Assembly (NCBI GenBank): GCA_964601305.1
Contig: CAZRMW010000006.1
Location: forward strand, 1 to 46,499
Length of the DNA stretch: 46,499 nt
Origin: an uncultured Candidatus Saccharibacteria bacterium
GTDB lineage: Bacteria; Patescibacteriota; Minisyncoccia; JAHISW01; Tagabacteraceae
Direction of reading: 5' to 3'
Shown here: positions 24,343-33,589 of the stretch, in pieces
Layout of the letters: each line of letters starts with the position of its first letter
Numbering within the stretch: the stretch's first letter is position 1
The notes under the pieces: generated by a model
Databases searched by the model: none
Told to the model about the DNA's origin: nothing
What the model saw: only the letters and a program-made list of their open reading frames with translations
Program-made: the position numbers and the translations under genes

Positions 24343-25767
24343 ATGACAACAATAATCATAATCTCCGTCCTAGCAGTACTTGTTTTTGGAACCCTTATCG
24401 CGGCGATGTCCCGCTACAAAAGGTGTCCCGCCGACAAAATCCTGGTCATTTTCGGGAAAGTCGGTAAAGGGCTAACCTCAAAATGTGTTCATGGAGGAGC
24501 GGCCTTCATCTGGCCGTTGATTCAAAACTTCAAGTTTCTTGAATTGACACCCATGACTATCGACATTGACCTTCAAAACGCGCTTTCCAAGCAGAATATC
24601 CGGGTTAATGTGCCGTCTCGTTTTACCATTGGTATTTCTACCGAACCTGACATTATGGCAACAGCAGCCGAAAGACTGTTGAGCATGTCTACCGATCAAA
24701 TCGAAGAAAATGCAAGAGACATCATCTTCGGCCAACTCCGAGCGACGATTGCGACGATGGACATCGAGGAAATCAATGCCGATCGAGAACGCTTCGAGGA
24801 GCAGGTGATGAACAATGTTGAGACTGAGCTCAAGAAAATCGGCCTCAAACTCATCAATGTAAACATCACCGACATCACCGACGAATCCGGCTACATCGAA
24901 GCTCTGGGTAAAAAAGCTGCTGCTGAGGCCATCAACCAGGCCAAAATCGAAGTGGCTCAGCAAGACAAAATCGGAGCAGTCGGATCAGCTGAAGCCGACA
25001 AGGAACAGCGCATCAAAGTCGCAGACGCTGATGCCAAAGCAGTCAGTGGTGAAAACACGGCTAAAGTGGAGATTGCCAACTCCAATGCTTCGAGGCGTGA
25101 GGCAGAAGCGGAAGCCAGCAAAAAAGCCGTTTCCGCTGAAAAGACAAAAGAAGCGGAAGCTCTCAAAGATGCCTATGTCGCTGAGCAAAGGGCAGAGGAA
25201 CAACGCAAAAAACGTGATCAAATCACCCAAGAAATCAACGTGGTCGTGCCTGCCGATGTAGAACGGCAAAAGATCGAAAAAGAAGCCGATGCTGAGAAGG
25301 CCAAACGCACCAAAGAAGGTGAAGGTAAGGGTGCCGCCATCGAAAAAGAGATGGAAGGGCAGGCTGCCGGAAATCTTGCCATCCTGGCAAAAAAAGCTGA
25401 AGGCCTTAAACTGATCGTGGATGCCGCCGGTGGAAATCCCGACAAGGCAGCCATGTTGCTTATCGTAGAGCAACTCCCTGCAATCGTGACAGCCCAGGCC
25501 AAGGCCATCAGTGGAGTTCAGTTCGATAAGGTGGTGGTTATGGACACCGGATCTGATAACGGTGCGACAACCACGGCCAACTGGCTGTCTGGTTTAACCA
25601 AGGTTTTACCCGGCTTGCACGAAATGGCCAGTATGGCAGGGGTGCAGTTGCCATCGGCTCTCGGTGAATCCCTAGTCGACCCAATGAAAGACAAACCCAA
25701 ACCCCCAAAAACCAATGCAGGAGAGGGTGAAGATAAAGGGGCAACCGAACCTCCGGAAGCCGAATAA
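24343..25767 (+). CDS. Flotillin / SPFH (band-7) family protein (FloT/YqiK-like).
   Basis: N-terminal TM helix, SPFH domain, a long Ala/Glu/Lys coiled-coil repeat region and a flotillin C-terminus. It forms an operon with nfeD. Confidence 0.8.
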   Translation: MTTIIIISVLAVLVFGTLIAAMSRYKRCPADKILVIFGKVGKGLTSKCVHGGAAFIWPLIQNFKFLELTPMTIDIDLQNALSKQNIRVNVPSRFTIGISTEPDIMATAAERLLSMSTDQIEENARDIIFGQLRATIATMDIEEINADRERFEEQVMNNVETELKKIGLKLINVNITDITDESGYIEALGKKAAAEAINQAKIEVAQQDKIGAVGSAEADKEQRIKVADADAKAVSGENTAKVEIANSNASRREAEAEASKKAVSAEKTKEAEALKDAYVAEQRAEEQRKKRDQITQEINVVVPADVERQKIEKEADAEKAKRTKEGEGKGAAIEKEMEGQAAGNLAILAKKAEGLKLIVDAAGGNPDKAAMLLIVEQLPAIVTAQAKAISGVQFDKVVVMDTGSDNGATTTANWLSGLTKVLPGLHEMASMAGVQLPSALGESLVDPMKDKPKPPKTNAGEGEDKGATEPPEAE

Positions 25768-25801
25768 AAACCTCTGGGCTTAACAACCCAACGAACCAAA
25801 T

Positions 25802-25830
25802 GCCCGGTGCATCACGCGCCGGGCATTTTT
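25802..25830 (+). terminator. Rho-independent terminator that closes the GC-rich islet.
   Basis: gcccgg...ccgggc followed by attttt and cttttt. Confidence 0.6.
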
Positions 25831-25868
25831 CTTTTTATAATATACACTATGATGTACACTAAAAATTA

Positions 25869-26378
25869 ATGAAAAAAGAAATATTTTTAATACTCCACAA
25901 TATACGAAGCTTGCACAATGTAGGCTCTATTTTTAGAACTGCCGATGGGGCAGGGGTGAGTAAAATATATCTTACCGGATACACGCCAGCACCAATAGAC
26001 ATTTTTGGAAAAACCAGAAAAGAAATCGCCAAAACCGCGCTCGGCGCAGAAAACACAGTTCCTTGGGAAAAACACAGAAATTTAAGTCAATTAATCAAAA
26101 AACTTAAAAATGATCGAAGTCCAACTTCAATCATTGGAGTAGAGCAAGATGAAAAAGCAATAGATTATAGGGAATTTACTCGGTCATCCAGTCATTCGAC
26201 CGGACGAAGTTCCGACCGGGCAGCAAGCTTCGCTTTTGTTTTAGGCAATGAAGTCCGTGGGCTTTCCAAACAGACACTCAAAAAGTGCGACAAAATAATA
26301 GAAATCCCTATGCACGGCAAAAAAGAATCTCTCAACGTCGCCGTCACAGCAGGAATAGTTTTATTTCATATTATCTAA
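25869..26378 (+). CDS. SpoU/TrmH-family RNA 2'-O-methyltransferase. It carries an in-frame GC-rich repeat insertion encoding RSSSHSTGRSSDRAAS.
   Basis: C-terminal VLGNEVRGLS...IPMHGKKESLNVAVTAGIVLF is the SpoU knot motif. Confidence 0.8.
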   Translation: MKKEIFLILHNIRSLHNVGSIFRTADGAGVSKIYLTGYTPAPIDIFGKTRKEIAKTALGAENTVPWEKHRNLSQLIKKLKNDRSPTSIIGVEQDEKAIDYREFTRSSSHSTGRSSDRAASFAFVLGNEVRGLSKQTLKKCDKIIEIPMHGKKESLNVAVTAGIVLFHII

Positions 26379-26604
26379 ATTTATTTTCTCTAACTTTTCA
26401 CAAGGTACAAAAATATGCGGTTCCGCCCAAGGCGGACAAGCGCGTGTTTTGTACTTTTTATAGTTTTTTTATTTATTCCATACCCAAAAATAAAGTCAAT
26501 ATTGAGTAAATTTCTCAAAACTGCTCTACTAAAATAAATAAACTCGCCAAAGGCGAGTGAACTTTAACAAACAGCCTCGCCAAGCGGGGTAAAGAGGAGG
26601 CAAA

Positions 26605-27798
26605 ATGATAAAATCATTTTTCTGGAGCAAAAAATGGGCTCTCTGGGCCTGGGGAGGAGCCATCTTCCTTTTAGTTTCTCTATATTTACAAGTGCAAATG
26701 ACTGTAATGTTTAATGAATGGTATAAGGGTTTTTACGACATACTACAAGGATCAGACAATGGCAAGTATGTATTAAGTGATTTTTGGTCAGCAATAATTG
26801 CATGGTGCCATATAGCCTATAAATACATTCTTCTGTCAGCATTTACTGCATATTTCACTCGGCTTTATGCTTTTACTTGGCGAGAAGCAATGACCTTTAA
26901 CTATCTTCCAAGATGGAGATATGTGGAAGAACAAATAGAAGGTGCTGCCCAGCGTATTCAGCAAGACACCGAAAGATTTGCTAGAATTGTGGAAACTTTA
27001 GGTTTGCAAATAGTACGCGCAACAATGACACTCATTGCTTTCCTGCCAATCTTATGGAACTACAGCAACAAAGTGGAGGCAGATTATATTACTCATGTTC
27101 CTGAAATTCCTATATGGATACTCGGTATCCTTTGCTTGTTTTTTCTTTTTGTTTTAAGCAAAACAAGTAAAAATCTACCTCAACATTTAAAAGATCTTAA
27201 AACTACTCTTATTATTCTGCTAAAATCCCCTGTCACTCAAATACTGCTATTTATATTTATGCTCATTTGGATAGGACTCAATGCTGGTTCTTTTGTTGAA
27301 GGGTCTTTGGTTTGGGTGTCACTAATAGTTAGTGTCGGGGGTATGTATCTTTCGTGGATTATTGGATACTATCTACCCAAATTAGAGTACAATAATCAGG
27401 TTGTGGAAGCTGCTTATCGACAGAATTTAGAACTCGTTTCTACAAACAAAGCTCCTTACATTTTTTCAAAGTTTGTTGAATTATTTACTGGAGTCAGAAT
27501 TAATTATCGCAGACTTTATTTGCATTATGGATATTTTGACTTATGGGTATACAGCTATGATGTAGGAATGAGCCTTGTGCCTTTCCTGGTAATGGCTCCA
27601 GGATTATTTACCGGAATGATTTCTCTAGGAATGCTGATGCAAATATCGAATGCTTTCAATAAAGTCCATGCTGGCTTTTCATTGTTCATCCACAGATGGA
27701 CCACCATCACTGAACTAAGAAGTATCTGGAAACGACTTCACGAATTTGAAGCAAATTTGGATAAATACCAACCAAAAGAAGAGTCAACTCAAAAATAA
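26605..27798 (+). CDS. SbmA/BacA-family inner-membrane transporter.
   Basis: EGAAQRIQQDTERFARIVETLGLQIVRATMTLIAFLPIL closely parallels the E. coli SbmA core. Confidence 0.7.
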   Translation: MIKSFFWSKKWALWAWGGAIFLLVSLYLQVQMTVMFNEWYKGFYDILQGSDNGKYVLSDFWSAIIAWCHIAYKYILLSAFTAYFTRLYAFTWREAMTFNYLPRWRYVEEQIEGAAQRIQQDTERFARIVETLGLQIVRATMTLIAFLPILWNYSNKVEADYITHVPEIPIWILGILCLFFLFVLSKTSKNLPQHLKDLKTTLIILLKSPVTQILLFIFMLIWIGLNAGSFVEGSLVWVSLIVSVGGMYLSWIIGYYLPKLEYNNQVVEAAYRQNLELVSTNKAPYIFSKFVELFTGVRINYRRLYLHYGYFDLWVYSYDVGMSLVPFLVMAPGLFTGMISLGMLMQISNAFNKVHAGFSLFIHRWTTITELRSIWKRLHEFEANLDKYQPKEESTQK

Positions 27799-27809
27799 AA
27801 ATATAAAAA

Positions 27810-27860
27810 CCCCTCGACATCCAGTCATCCGACCGGACAAGCCTCGGGGGGTTTCTTTTT
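27810..27860 (+). terminator. Terminator whose loop contains a copy of the catccagtcatYcgaccggac repeat.
   Basis: cccctcg...cgggggg stem followed by a T-run. Confidence 0.55.
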
Positions 27861-27873
27861 GGTTTAGAAAAAT

Positions 27874-28761
27874 TTAATAATTTATACTATCTACCACTTT
27901 TCCTGCGCCGTCTCGAAGAATTATTGTATCGTGGTCTGGATGCCACAAATGATTGCTTCTGTTTAGAAAAACTCTCCACTCATTTTTGAAAAAATTGTTG
28001 TCATTTTTATGCGCCTCTACACAACCGTTGTAGTTTAAAAATTTATTTATATATAAAATACAATTTCCTCCAAAAGGCGGCAGGGAAGTAGGTATATTGC
28101 ACCTAGAAAGTGTTTTCACATAATCTGAACAATTATGAGAAACTTCGTTCAGCCAACTTTCATCTTTCGGATTAGGACAATTTTTAGAAATACTAGGATA
28201 AAAAGTTTGAGTACTTGAAAAATATCCAGTACATTTATTTATCTTAAAACTTTTTCCTAGAGGACTTTTGCCAGTAGAAACTATGGCCTTATCTCCTGGA
28301 TATAAAATTATATCTTTTTCTGTGTTTTCTTTACCGCTCTCAAAAATCTCCACACCCCTCGGAATTGGAATCGTTAAATTTTCTTTGCCAACCAAAGTCC
28401 AACTAGAAATATTTATAGGGTTTTTGTTTGAGCCAGAAGCTTTTATTTCTATATATTCTTCTTTGGCAACTGTTTTTCTTGCTTCTCTAATGTATAAAAA
28501 TACTTTGTCTCCGTACTCTGAGGTTATTTCTATACCATCTTTTGTTTTTACACCTGTTCCGCTTGTACCTCCACCACTAACACTTCCTCCTTCAGATATT
28601 TCAAAAGAGCCTGTGGTTGTTTGCTCTACATTTAAAAGTGGACTCTGGGGAATTTTTTTGTAGCCACCCTGAGCATACCAAAGCACACCCAAAACTATAA
28701 AAAACAGTATTACAAAACCCAAATCTCGTTCTGGTTTTCTGCTAGATAAATCTACCATCAT
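27874..28761 (-). CDS. Hypothetical membrane-anchored or secreted protein with a Cys-rich C-terminal half, 295 aa.
   Basis: N-terminal TM helix, Gly/Ser/Thr linker, eight Cys in the C-terminal 120 aa. Confidence 0.4.
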   Translation of the reverse strand: MMVDLSSRKPERDLGFVILFFIVLGVLWYAQGGYKKIPQSPLLNVEQTTTGSFEISEGGSVSGGGTSGTGVKTKDGIEITSEYGDKVFLYIREARKTVAKEEYIEIKASGSNKNPINISSWTLVGKENLTIPIPRGVEIFESGKENTEKDIILYPGDKAIVSTGKSPLGKSFKINKCTGYFSSTQTFYPSISKNCPNPKDESWLNEVSHNCSDYVKTLSRCNIPTSLPPFGGNCILYINKFLNYNGCVEAHKNDNNFFKNEWRVFLNRSNHLWHPDHDTIILRDGAGKVVDSINY

Positions 28762-28778
28762 AATATTTTAATTATATA

Positions 28779-29699
28779 CTACTTTTGATGGACAGGGCAA
28801 AAAAATGTAGAACGACCGTTTTTCATAATTCTTTTTATTTTTCCTCCATCTTTTTTGCCACATTTTTGCCCCTCTTTTTGATAAACTTTATGAAAATTTT
28901 GATACCCTCCTTTTTTACCAAAAGCGTCCCTATAATCTACTATAGAATCTCCACGAAGTTTCACTCCTTGTTTCAAAATTTTTTTAATAGCTTTAAAAAT
29001 TTTTTCTAATTCTTTTTCGTTTAAATCTTGTAGTTTTTTAAAAGGGTAGACTCCTGCCTCCCACAAAATATCGTTTGAATAAATATTTCCTATACCAGAA
29101 ATTAATTCTTGCTTCATTAAAACATTTTTTACTTCACCTTTGCGTCCCTTTAAAATTTCTTTAAATTTTTTAAAAGTAAAATTTTTTTCTAATGGATCTG
29201 GTCCAATATCTTTTATATCTTTTAATTCTCCTAGTTTGTCGGTCTCGCAAATTAACACTTTCGCAAATTTTCTAATGTCTGAAAGCGACAACTGCTTGCC
29301 ATTTGATAAATAAAAAATTAAATGCAAAAATCTATTTTGCAGATCGTCTTTAAGCACTCCTTTTTGTGTAGCTACCCATGGATATTTTCCCTCACCAGTT
29401 TTCTCCCATTTACCATAAAGCATGTGTCCCGTCATTTTTTGATGTATTAAAATAGTTTTGTTTTTGTCTAAACTTATTAAAATATTTTTTCCTACTCTTT
29501 TTACACTTAAAATTTTTTTACTTACGATTTGTTTTTTAAAACTCGCCAGAGTTTTTGGGTTTTTAATAATATTTTTTACGCAGCCCGCCTTGACTCCCCA
29601 TAGGCGAGGCAGGTCGCACCAAACATCCTGAATTTTTAATCCAGGCAAAACTTTATTTAGATCGCTAACTATAGTATGAACTTCTGGAAGCTCCGGCAT
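28779..29699 (-). CDS. fpg: Formamidopyrimidine-DNA glycosylase (Fpg/Nei family).
   Basis: MPELPEV N-terminus (catalytic Pro2) and a C-terminal zinc finger (CGKK...CPVHQ). A TAATAT box sits 6 nt before the ATG. Confidence 0.85.
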   Translation of the reverse strand: MPELPEVHTIVSDLNKVLPGLKIQDVWCDLPRLWGVKAGCVKNIIKNPKTLASFKKQIVSKKILSVKRVGKNILISLDKNKTILIHQKMTGHMLYGKWEKTGEGKYPWVATQKGVLKDDLQNRFLHLIFYLSNGKQLSLSDIRKFAKVLICETDKLGELKDIKDIGPDPLEKNFTFKKFKEILKGRKGEVKNVLMKQELISGIGNIYSNDILWEAGVYPFKKLQDLNEKELEKIFKAIKKILKQGVKLRGDSIVDYRDAFGKKGGYQNFHKVYQKEGQKCGKKDGGKIKRIMKNGRSTFFCPVHQK

Positions 29700-29850
29700 G
29701 GTTAAATATTAGACTCTAATCTTCCCCAAATCAAGCCAATAAAAACATTCCAACATTCTATAGAATGTTGGAATGTTTAGTGTGCAATTTACATGCAAAC
29801 AAAAAAGCCCCGGCTATTGCCGAAGGCTTTTAAAATTCAATCAACTTTTT

Positions 29851-29993
29851 CATCCCAAGAATAATAAACCTAGAACGTACAACAAACACTGGATAGGTCC
29901 ACCGTAAACATACATTTTGCTCAGAGCACTTCTTTTTTCTTTTTTTGTGCTCTGCCTCTTTCTTCCACATTCCTCACATACATAGGTGCGCAT
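29851..29993 (-). CDS. Possible small protein of about 47 aa (MRTYVCEECGRK...LLFLG), with an N-terminal CxxC and a C-terminal hydrophobic tail. Coordinates are within about 1 nt.
   Basis: AAAGGGGA RBS. It lies between two copies of the repeated terminator module. It is not in the ORF track because it is under 60 aa. Confidence 0.25.
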
Positions 29994-30072
29994 ATTATTC
30001 CCCTTTTTTTAAGATCCAAATTTAATAATATAAAAGCATTTTTATAATACTTCGTCAATGTGTTTCATTTGC

Positions 30073-30104
30073 AAACAAAAAAGCCCCGGCTATTGCCGAA
30101 GGCT
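30073..30104 (-). terminator. Terminator for the PDZ gene. One of two identical 46-nt copies; the other is at 29794-29839.
   Basis: aaagccccggctattgccgaaggcttt hairpin with a T-run on the minus strand. Confidence 0.55.
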
Positions 30105-30116
30105 TTTAAAATTCAA

Positions 30117-30554
30117 CTATTTTTTTATTTCTATATTTTTAGGCCGCACACCAAGCTTCACTTTTAAATTTATTTTTTCACCATCTCTAAAGATAGTTAG
30201 TTCAACAATATCTCCTGGTTTGATATTATTCTTTTTAAAAACTTTTTTTAAGTTTGTTTCTGGTTTAAGGCCAAATTCATCCCAATCACTTCCAATAAAA
30301 ATACCATAAATTATATCCCCTCGTTTCAAACCAGCCTTCTCAGCAGCAGATCCTTTTACGACACTCTTAACATAAGGCCTTGAACTATATTCAACCCCCA
30401 AAAAGGCTTTTGGAGAAGTTATTTCTTTTTCTGAAAAATAATAACGCGGAATACCGAAAATAACAAAAAATACTATAACTAAAAGTAAGCAAAACAAAAT
30501 TATTTTTCCAGCAGAGGACATTCCTTCAAACTTTGTTGTCATTTTTTCCTCCAA
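30117..30554 (-). CDS. PDZ-domain membrane protein.
   Basis: N-terminal TM helix plus a PDZ domain (GLKRGDIIYGI...GDIVELTIFRDGEKINLKVKLG). Confidence 0.6.
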   Translation of the reverse strand: MEEKMTTKFEGMSSAGKIILFCLLLVIVFFVIFGIPRYYFSEKEITSPKAFLGVEYSSRPYVKSVVKGSAAEKAGLKRGDIIYGIFIGSDWDEFGLKPETNLKKVFKKNNIKPGDIVELTIFRDGEKINLKVKLGVRPKNIEIKK

Positions 30555-30649
30555 GTTTAGTGTTTAGTTTTCAACTTGTCCCGCTCGGCGGGAATTTAAT
30601 GTTATAAAAGCATTTTTGTGATACTTCGTCAAATTGTTTCATTTGTAAA

Positions 30650-30677
30650 CAAAAAAGGCGACTTTTATGAAATCGCC
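30650..30677 (-). terminator. Rho-independent terminator on the minus strand.
   Basis: ggcgatttcataaaagtcgcc followed by tttttt (read on the minus strand). Confidence 0.6.
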
Positions 30678-30727
30678 CTTTCTCATTCTATGAATATTGA
30701 TTCTTCAAATGTTTCACTGTTTCTGTT

Positions 30728-31195
30728 TTACACAAAAGCACCTGAAAAAATAATCATAGAAAAAATCATCAAAAGGATAAAGACCGTAAAAGATTTCGTG
30801 GAGATACCTATTTCCTGCTTACAATCTACCATCTTAAAATATTCGATCGACTTGTTTTTATACAGTCTATTGATATATCCACGAGCATAAACCTTTGATG
30901 CATAATTCACATACGCAAAACTAAACAAAATCCCTGAAATAAAAAGAAAACCAAAACTACGGGCCAAGAAAGTTTTCCCACCTAGCTCGAAATAAATAAA
31001 ACCAGCTAAAACAACTATTAGACCTTTAATAAAAACGCAAAATAAAAAATATTTACTTATTTTGTAATTAATCTTCTTTTTTTCAATTATCAAATCTACT
31101 GTTTTTTTCAAACTCTCAGAAAATTCAACAACATTTGAATCTAAAATTGCAACATAAAACAAAGCCAGTAAACCAATGATAAAATACTCTAGCAT
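30728..31195 (-). CDS. Hypothetical polytopic membrane protein, 155 aa.
   Basis: ORF with four or more TM helices. Confidence 0.4.
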   Translation of the reverse strand: MLEYFIIGLLALFYVAILDSNVVEFSESLKKTVDLIIEKKKINYKISKYFLFCVFIKGLIVVLAGFIYFELGGKTFLARSFGFLFISGILFSFAYVNYASKVYARGYINRLYKNKSIEYFKMVDCKQEIGISTKSFTVFILLMIFSMIIFSGAFV

Positions 31196-31250
31196 TATTT
31201 CATCCCCCTTTTGTTTTCAAAGATTATTTTTTGTCTCTCAAAAGAATAAA

Positions 31251-32555
31251 CTAGTTTTTAAATTTAGTCAATTCTTCGCGCGCTACCTCTCTGTCGTCCC
31301 ATTCTTTTTTTGTTCCTTTTGGTCCCATTATATATGGGTCTGTACCTTTGCCGGTTATTAACACCGTGTCGCCGGTTTTTGCCATCTTAAGTGCTTCGGC
31401 AATTGCCTCACGCCTGTCTAACATTATCTTATATTTAAAGGGGGACTTTATGCCCTTAGAAATATCAGAAATGATAGCCTTCGGACTTTCGTCGTATGGA
31501 TCTTCGTTTGTTAAAATTATCTCATCGCAATAAGCCGAAGCAATTTTGCCCATCTCAGCTCTTTTCCACTTATCTCTACCTCCACCCGCAGCTCCAAGCA
31601 CACAGATCCTTTTAGAGTTTTGGAAAACCTGGTAAAGCTTTTCTAAAGAATCTGGGGTATGAGCATAGTCTACTACTACTTTAAAATCTTGCCCCTCGTC
31701 TATAAATTCCACTCTTCCAGAAATACCTGAAAATTTTTCTAGGGCCCTTTTTATATCTTCCCAACCCACAGCCTGAGATCTAGCAAAAGAAATTGCCGCC
31801 AAAATATTATACAAATTAAACTCTCCCAAAAGTCTAGAATAAAATTCTTTTCCTTCTACCACAAAGTCTGTGCCAAATTTACCAAACTTTTGGTTTACAG
31901 CCTGAAGATTATTTGTATGTTTAAAGTTTTTGTCAGAAAAATTTAATCCATAAATCCATTTTTCGTTTGCCTTAAAATTCAAAAACTCTTTTGCATTCTC
32001 ATCGTCGCCGTTTACTACAATAACTTTTTTTCTTTTTATAGATTTTTCCAAAGTTTTAAAAAGTTGTTTTTTGGCTTCTTTGTAATTTTCAAAAGATCCA
32101 TGCGATTCTATATGCTCTGGAGAAAGATTTGTAAAAATCATTGCATCTGGATGTACAAACTTGTGTCTATGCTGAAGCACTCCTTGCGAAGTCATTTCCA
32201 TTAACGCATATTGGCATTTTTCTTTCACAGCTCGCTTTAAAAATCTCTGCAAGAAAAATCTTCCAGGCATCGTCATTTTTTCTTTGTTTCTTTTTGATTC
32301 TTTTCCAACTTTAAATCGCAGTGTAGAAGCTAGGGCAGTTTTGTATCCAGCTTCTTCTAGTATTGCGTTTATAATTTCAAGCACACTTGTTTTGCCTTTA
32401 GTACCAGTAACACCAATTACAAAAACTTTTTTTGATGGAAACCAGTAAAGTAGAGCAGAGAAAAAAGAAAGAGACCAGTGATAAACTGGCTGAAAAAATT
32501 TAAAAATCTTTTTGGGAATAAATTGTTTTATAAAGTTTAAAATTCTGTCTATCAT
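31251..32555 (-). CDS. murE: Mur ligase family protein, MurE-like.
   Basis: GVTGTKGKTS P-loop and the MurE-type DYAHTPDSLEKLY motif. Confidence 0.7.
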   Translation of the reverse strand: MIDRILNFIKQFIPKKIFKFFQPVYHWSLSFFSALLYWFPSKKVFVIGVTGTKGKTSVLEIINAILEEAGYKTALASTLRFKVGKESKRNKEKMTMPGRFFLQRFLKRAVKEKCQYALMEMTSQGVLQHRHKFVHPDAMIFTNLSPEHIESHGSFENYKEAKKQLFKTLEKSIKRKKVIVVNGDDENAKEFLNFKANEKWIYGLNFSDKNFKHTNNLQAVNQKFGKFGTDFVVEGKEFYSRLLGEFNLYNILAAISFARSQAVGWEDIKRALEKFSGISGRVEFIDEGQDFKVVVDYAHTPDSLEKLYQVFQNSKRICVLGAAGGGRDKWKRAEMGKIASAYCDEIILTNEDPYDESPKAIISDISKGIKSPFKYKIMLDRREAIAEALKMAKTGDTVLITGKGTDPYIMGPKGTKKEWDDREVAREELTKFKN

Positions 32556-32680
32556 GTCTTAGTATCTAAAACAAAATCAAAACAATTTTTTACGTGCTTG
32601 TGAGGCTAAAGCCGAGCACTTTTCTAAATTCATAATTAAATTTAGAAAAAGTAAAAAATTGGTTTTGGTTTTGGTTTATC

Positions 32681-33256
32681 TTAATTCTTATTAATGTTTC
32701 TCAAAGCCTCTTTTACTATGTTTTCCGTTCCTTCTATATTTTCTGGTAAATTTTTTAAAGCCTCTCTCGCTTCTCTTAGAGAATATCCCAAAGACTGCAA
32801 TGCCTCAAGCGCATCTGTTTCTTCTTTTAATCCCTCTCCCATAGATTCTACTCCAATTGCACCAAGCTTGTCTCTAAGCTCGAGCACAATTTTTTCTGCA
32901 ATCTTTCTTCCAATTCCAGAAACTTTTGTTAAATAAGATGTATCTCCCGCAGCTATGGCTTTTTTAAGTACATCCAAGGGTGCCACCGAAAAGACTCCCA
33001 GGGCTCCCTTTGGCCCAATACCAGATATCGTTATAAGCTGTTCAAAAAATTCCAGCTCGGCATAATTTAAAAATCCATAAAGATCCATAATGTTTTCTCG
33101 CACATGCAAATGGGTCCACAAAGTAGCACACTCTTCATTTTTTAATTCTTTTAATGTTTCAGACGGCACAAAAACTCTGTAGCCAACGCCATTTACATCG
33201 AGCACCACAAACCTCTCTGTCTTAAATTTAATTATACCTGTAAGTTGTATTAACAT
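32681..33256 (-). CDS. ruvA: Holliday junction DNA helicase subunit RuvA. The start is trimmed to MLIQLTG.
   Basis: OB domain, helix-hairpin-helix pair (ISGIGPKGA, VSGIGRKIAE) and a C-terminal domain III. Confidence 0.85.
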   Translation of the reverse strand: MLIQLTGIIKFKTERFVVLDVNGVGYRVFVPSETLKELKNEECATLWTHLHVRENIMDLYGFLNYAELEFFEQLITISGIGPKGALGVFSVAPLDVLKKAIAAGDTSYLTKVSGIGRKIAEKIVLELRDKLGAIGVESMGEGLKEETDALEALQSLGYSLREAREALKNLPENIEGTENIVKEALRNINKN

Positions 33257-33334
33257 ATTTATTTTTATCTTACCTTTGTTTTGCCAAAATAAAAAGAAAA
33301 GCGCCCTCACAAGGACGCCCTTATACACTATTTT

Positions 33335-33499
33335 TTATTTTTGCAATTTTTTCTGTCTCTCAACAAGACGAATAAAAATTTCTCTTGCTTCCGCCACCAC
33401 CTTATCAAACTGTTCTAAAGTAATATTTCTTCCAGAAAGTTTGTTAGCAATAAACGACGCCCAAATGCTCATTTTCTTCTTCAGTTCTTTTTCTTTCAT
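33335..33499 (-). CDS. Small protein, 54 aa (MKEKELKKKMSIWASFIANKLSGRNITLEQFDKVVAEAREIFIRLVERQKKLQK). It is absent from the ORF track.
   Basis: Strong RBS (GGGAGGAATAAAAG) upstream of the ATG. Confidence 0.4.
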   Translation of the reverse strand: MKEKELKKKMSIWASFIANKLSGRNITLEQFDKVVAEAREIFIRLVERQKKLQK

Positions 33500-33589
33500 C
33501 TTTTATTCCTCCCTTCTCTTTTCTTTTATCTTTAACTTAATATATAAATATCTTAGATAAAAATCAAGCATATTGCATTTTTTTTCAAT

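Noticed and set aside
24478-25799. Multiple antisense and alternative-frame ORFs (60-160 aa) within the flotillin gene.
   Set aside because: They are GC-rich reading-frame artefacts. The sense frame encodes a coherent SPFH/flotillin protein with an RBS.
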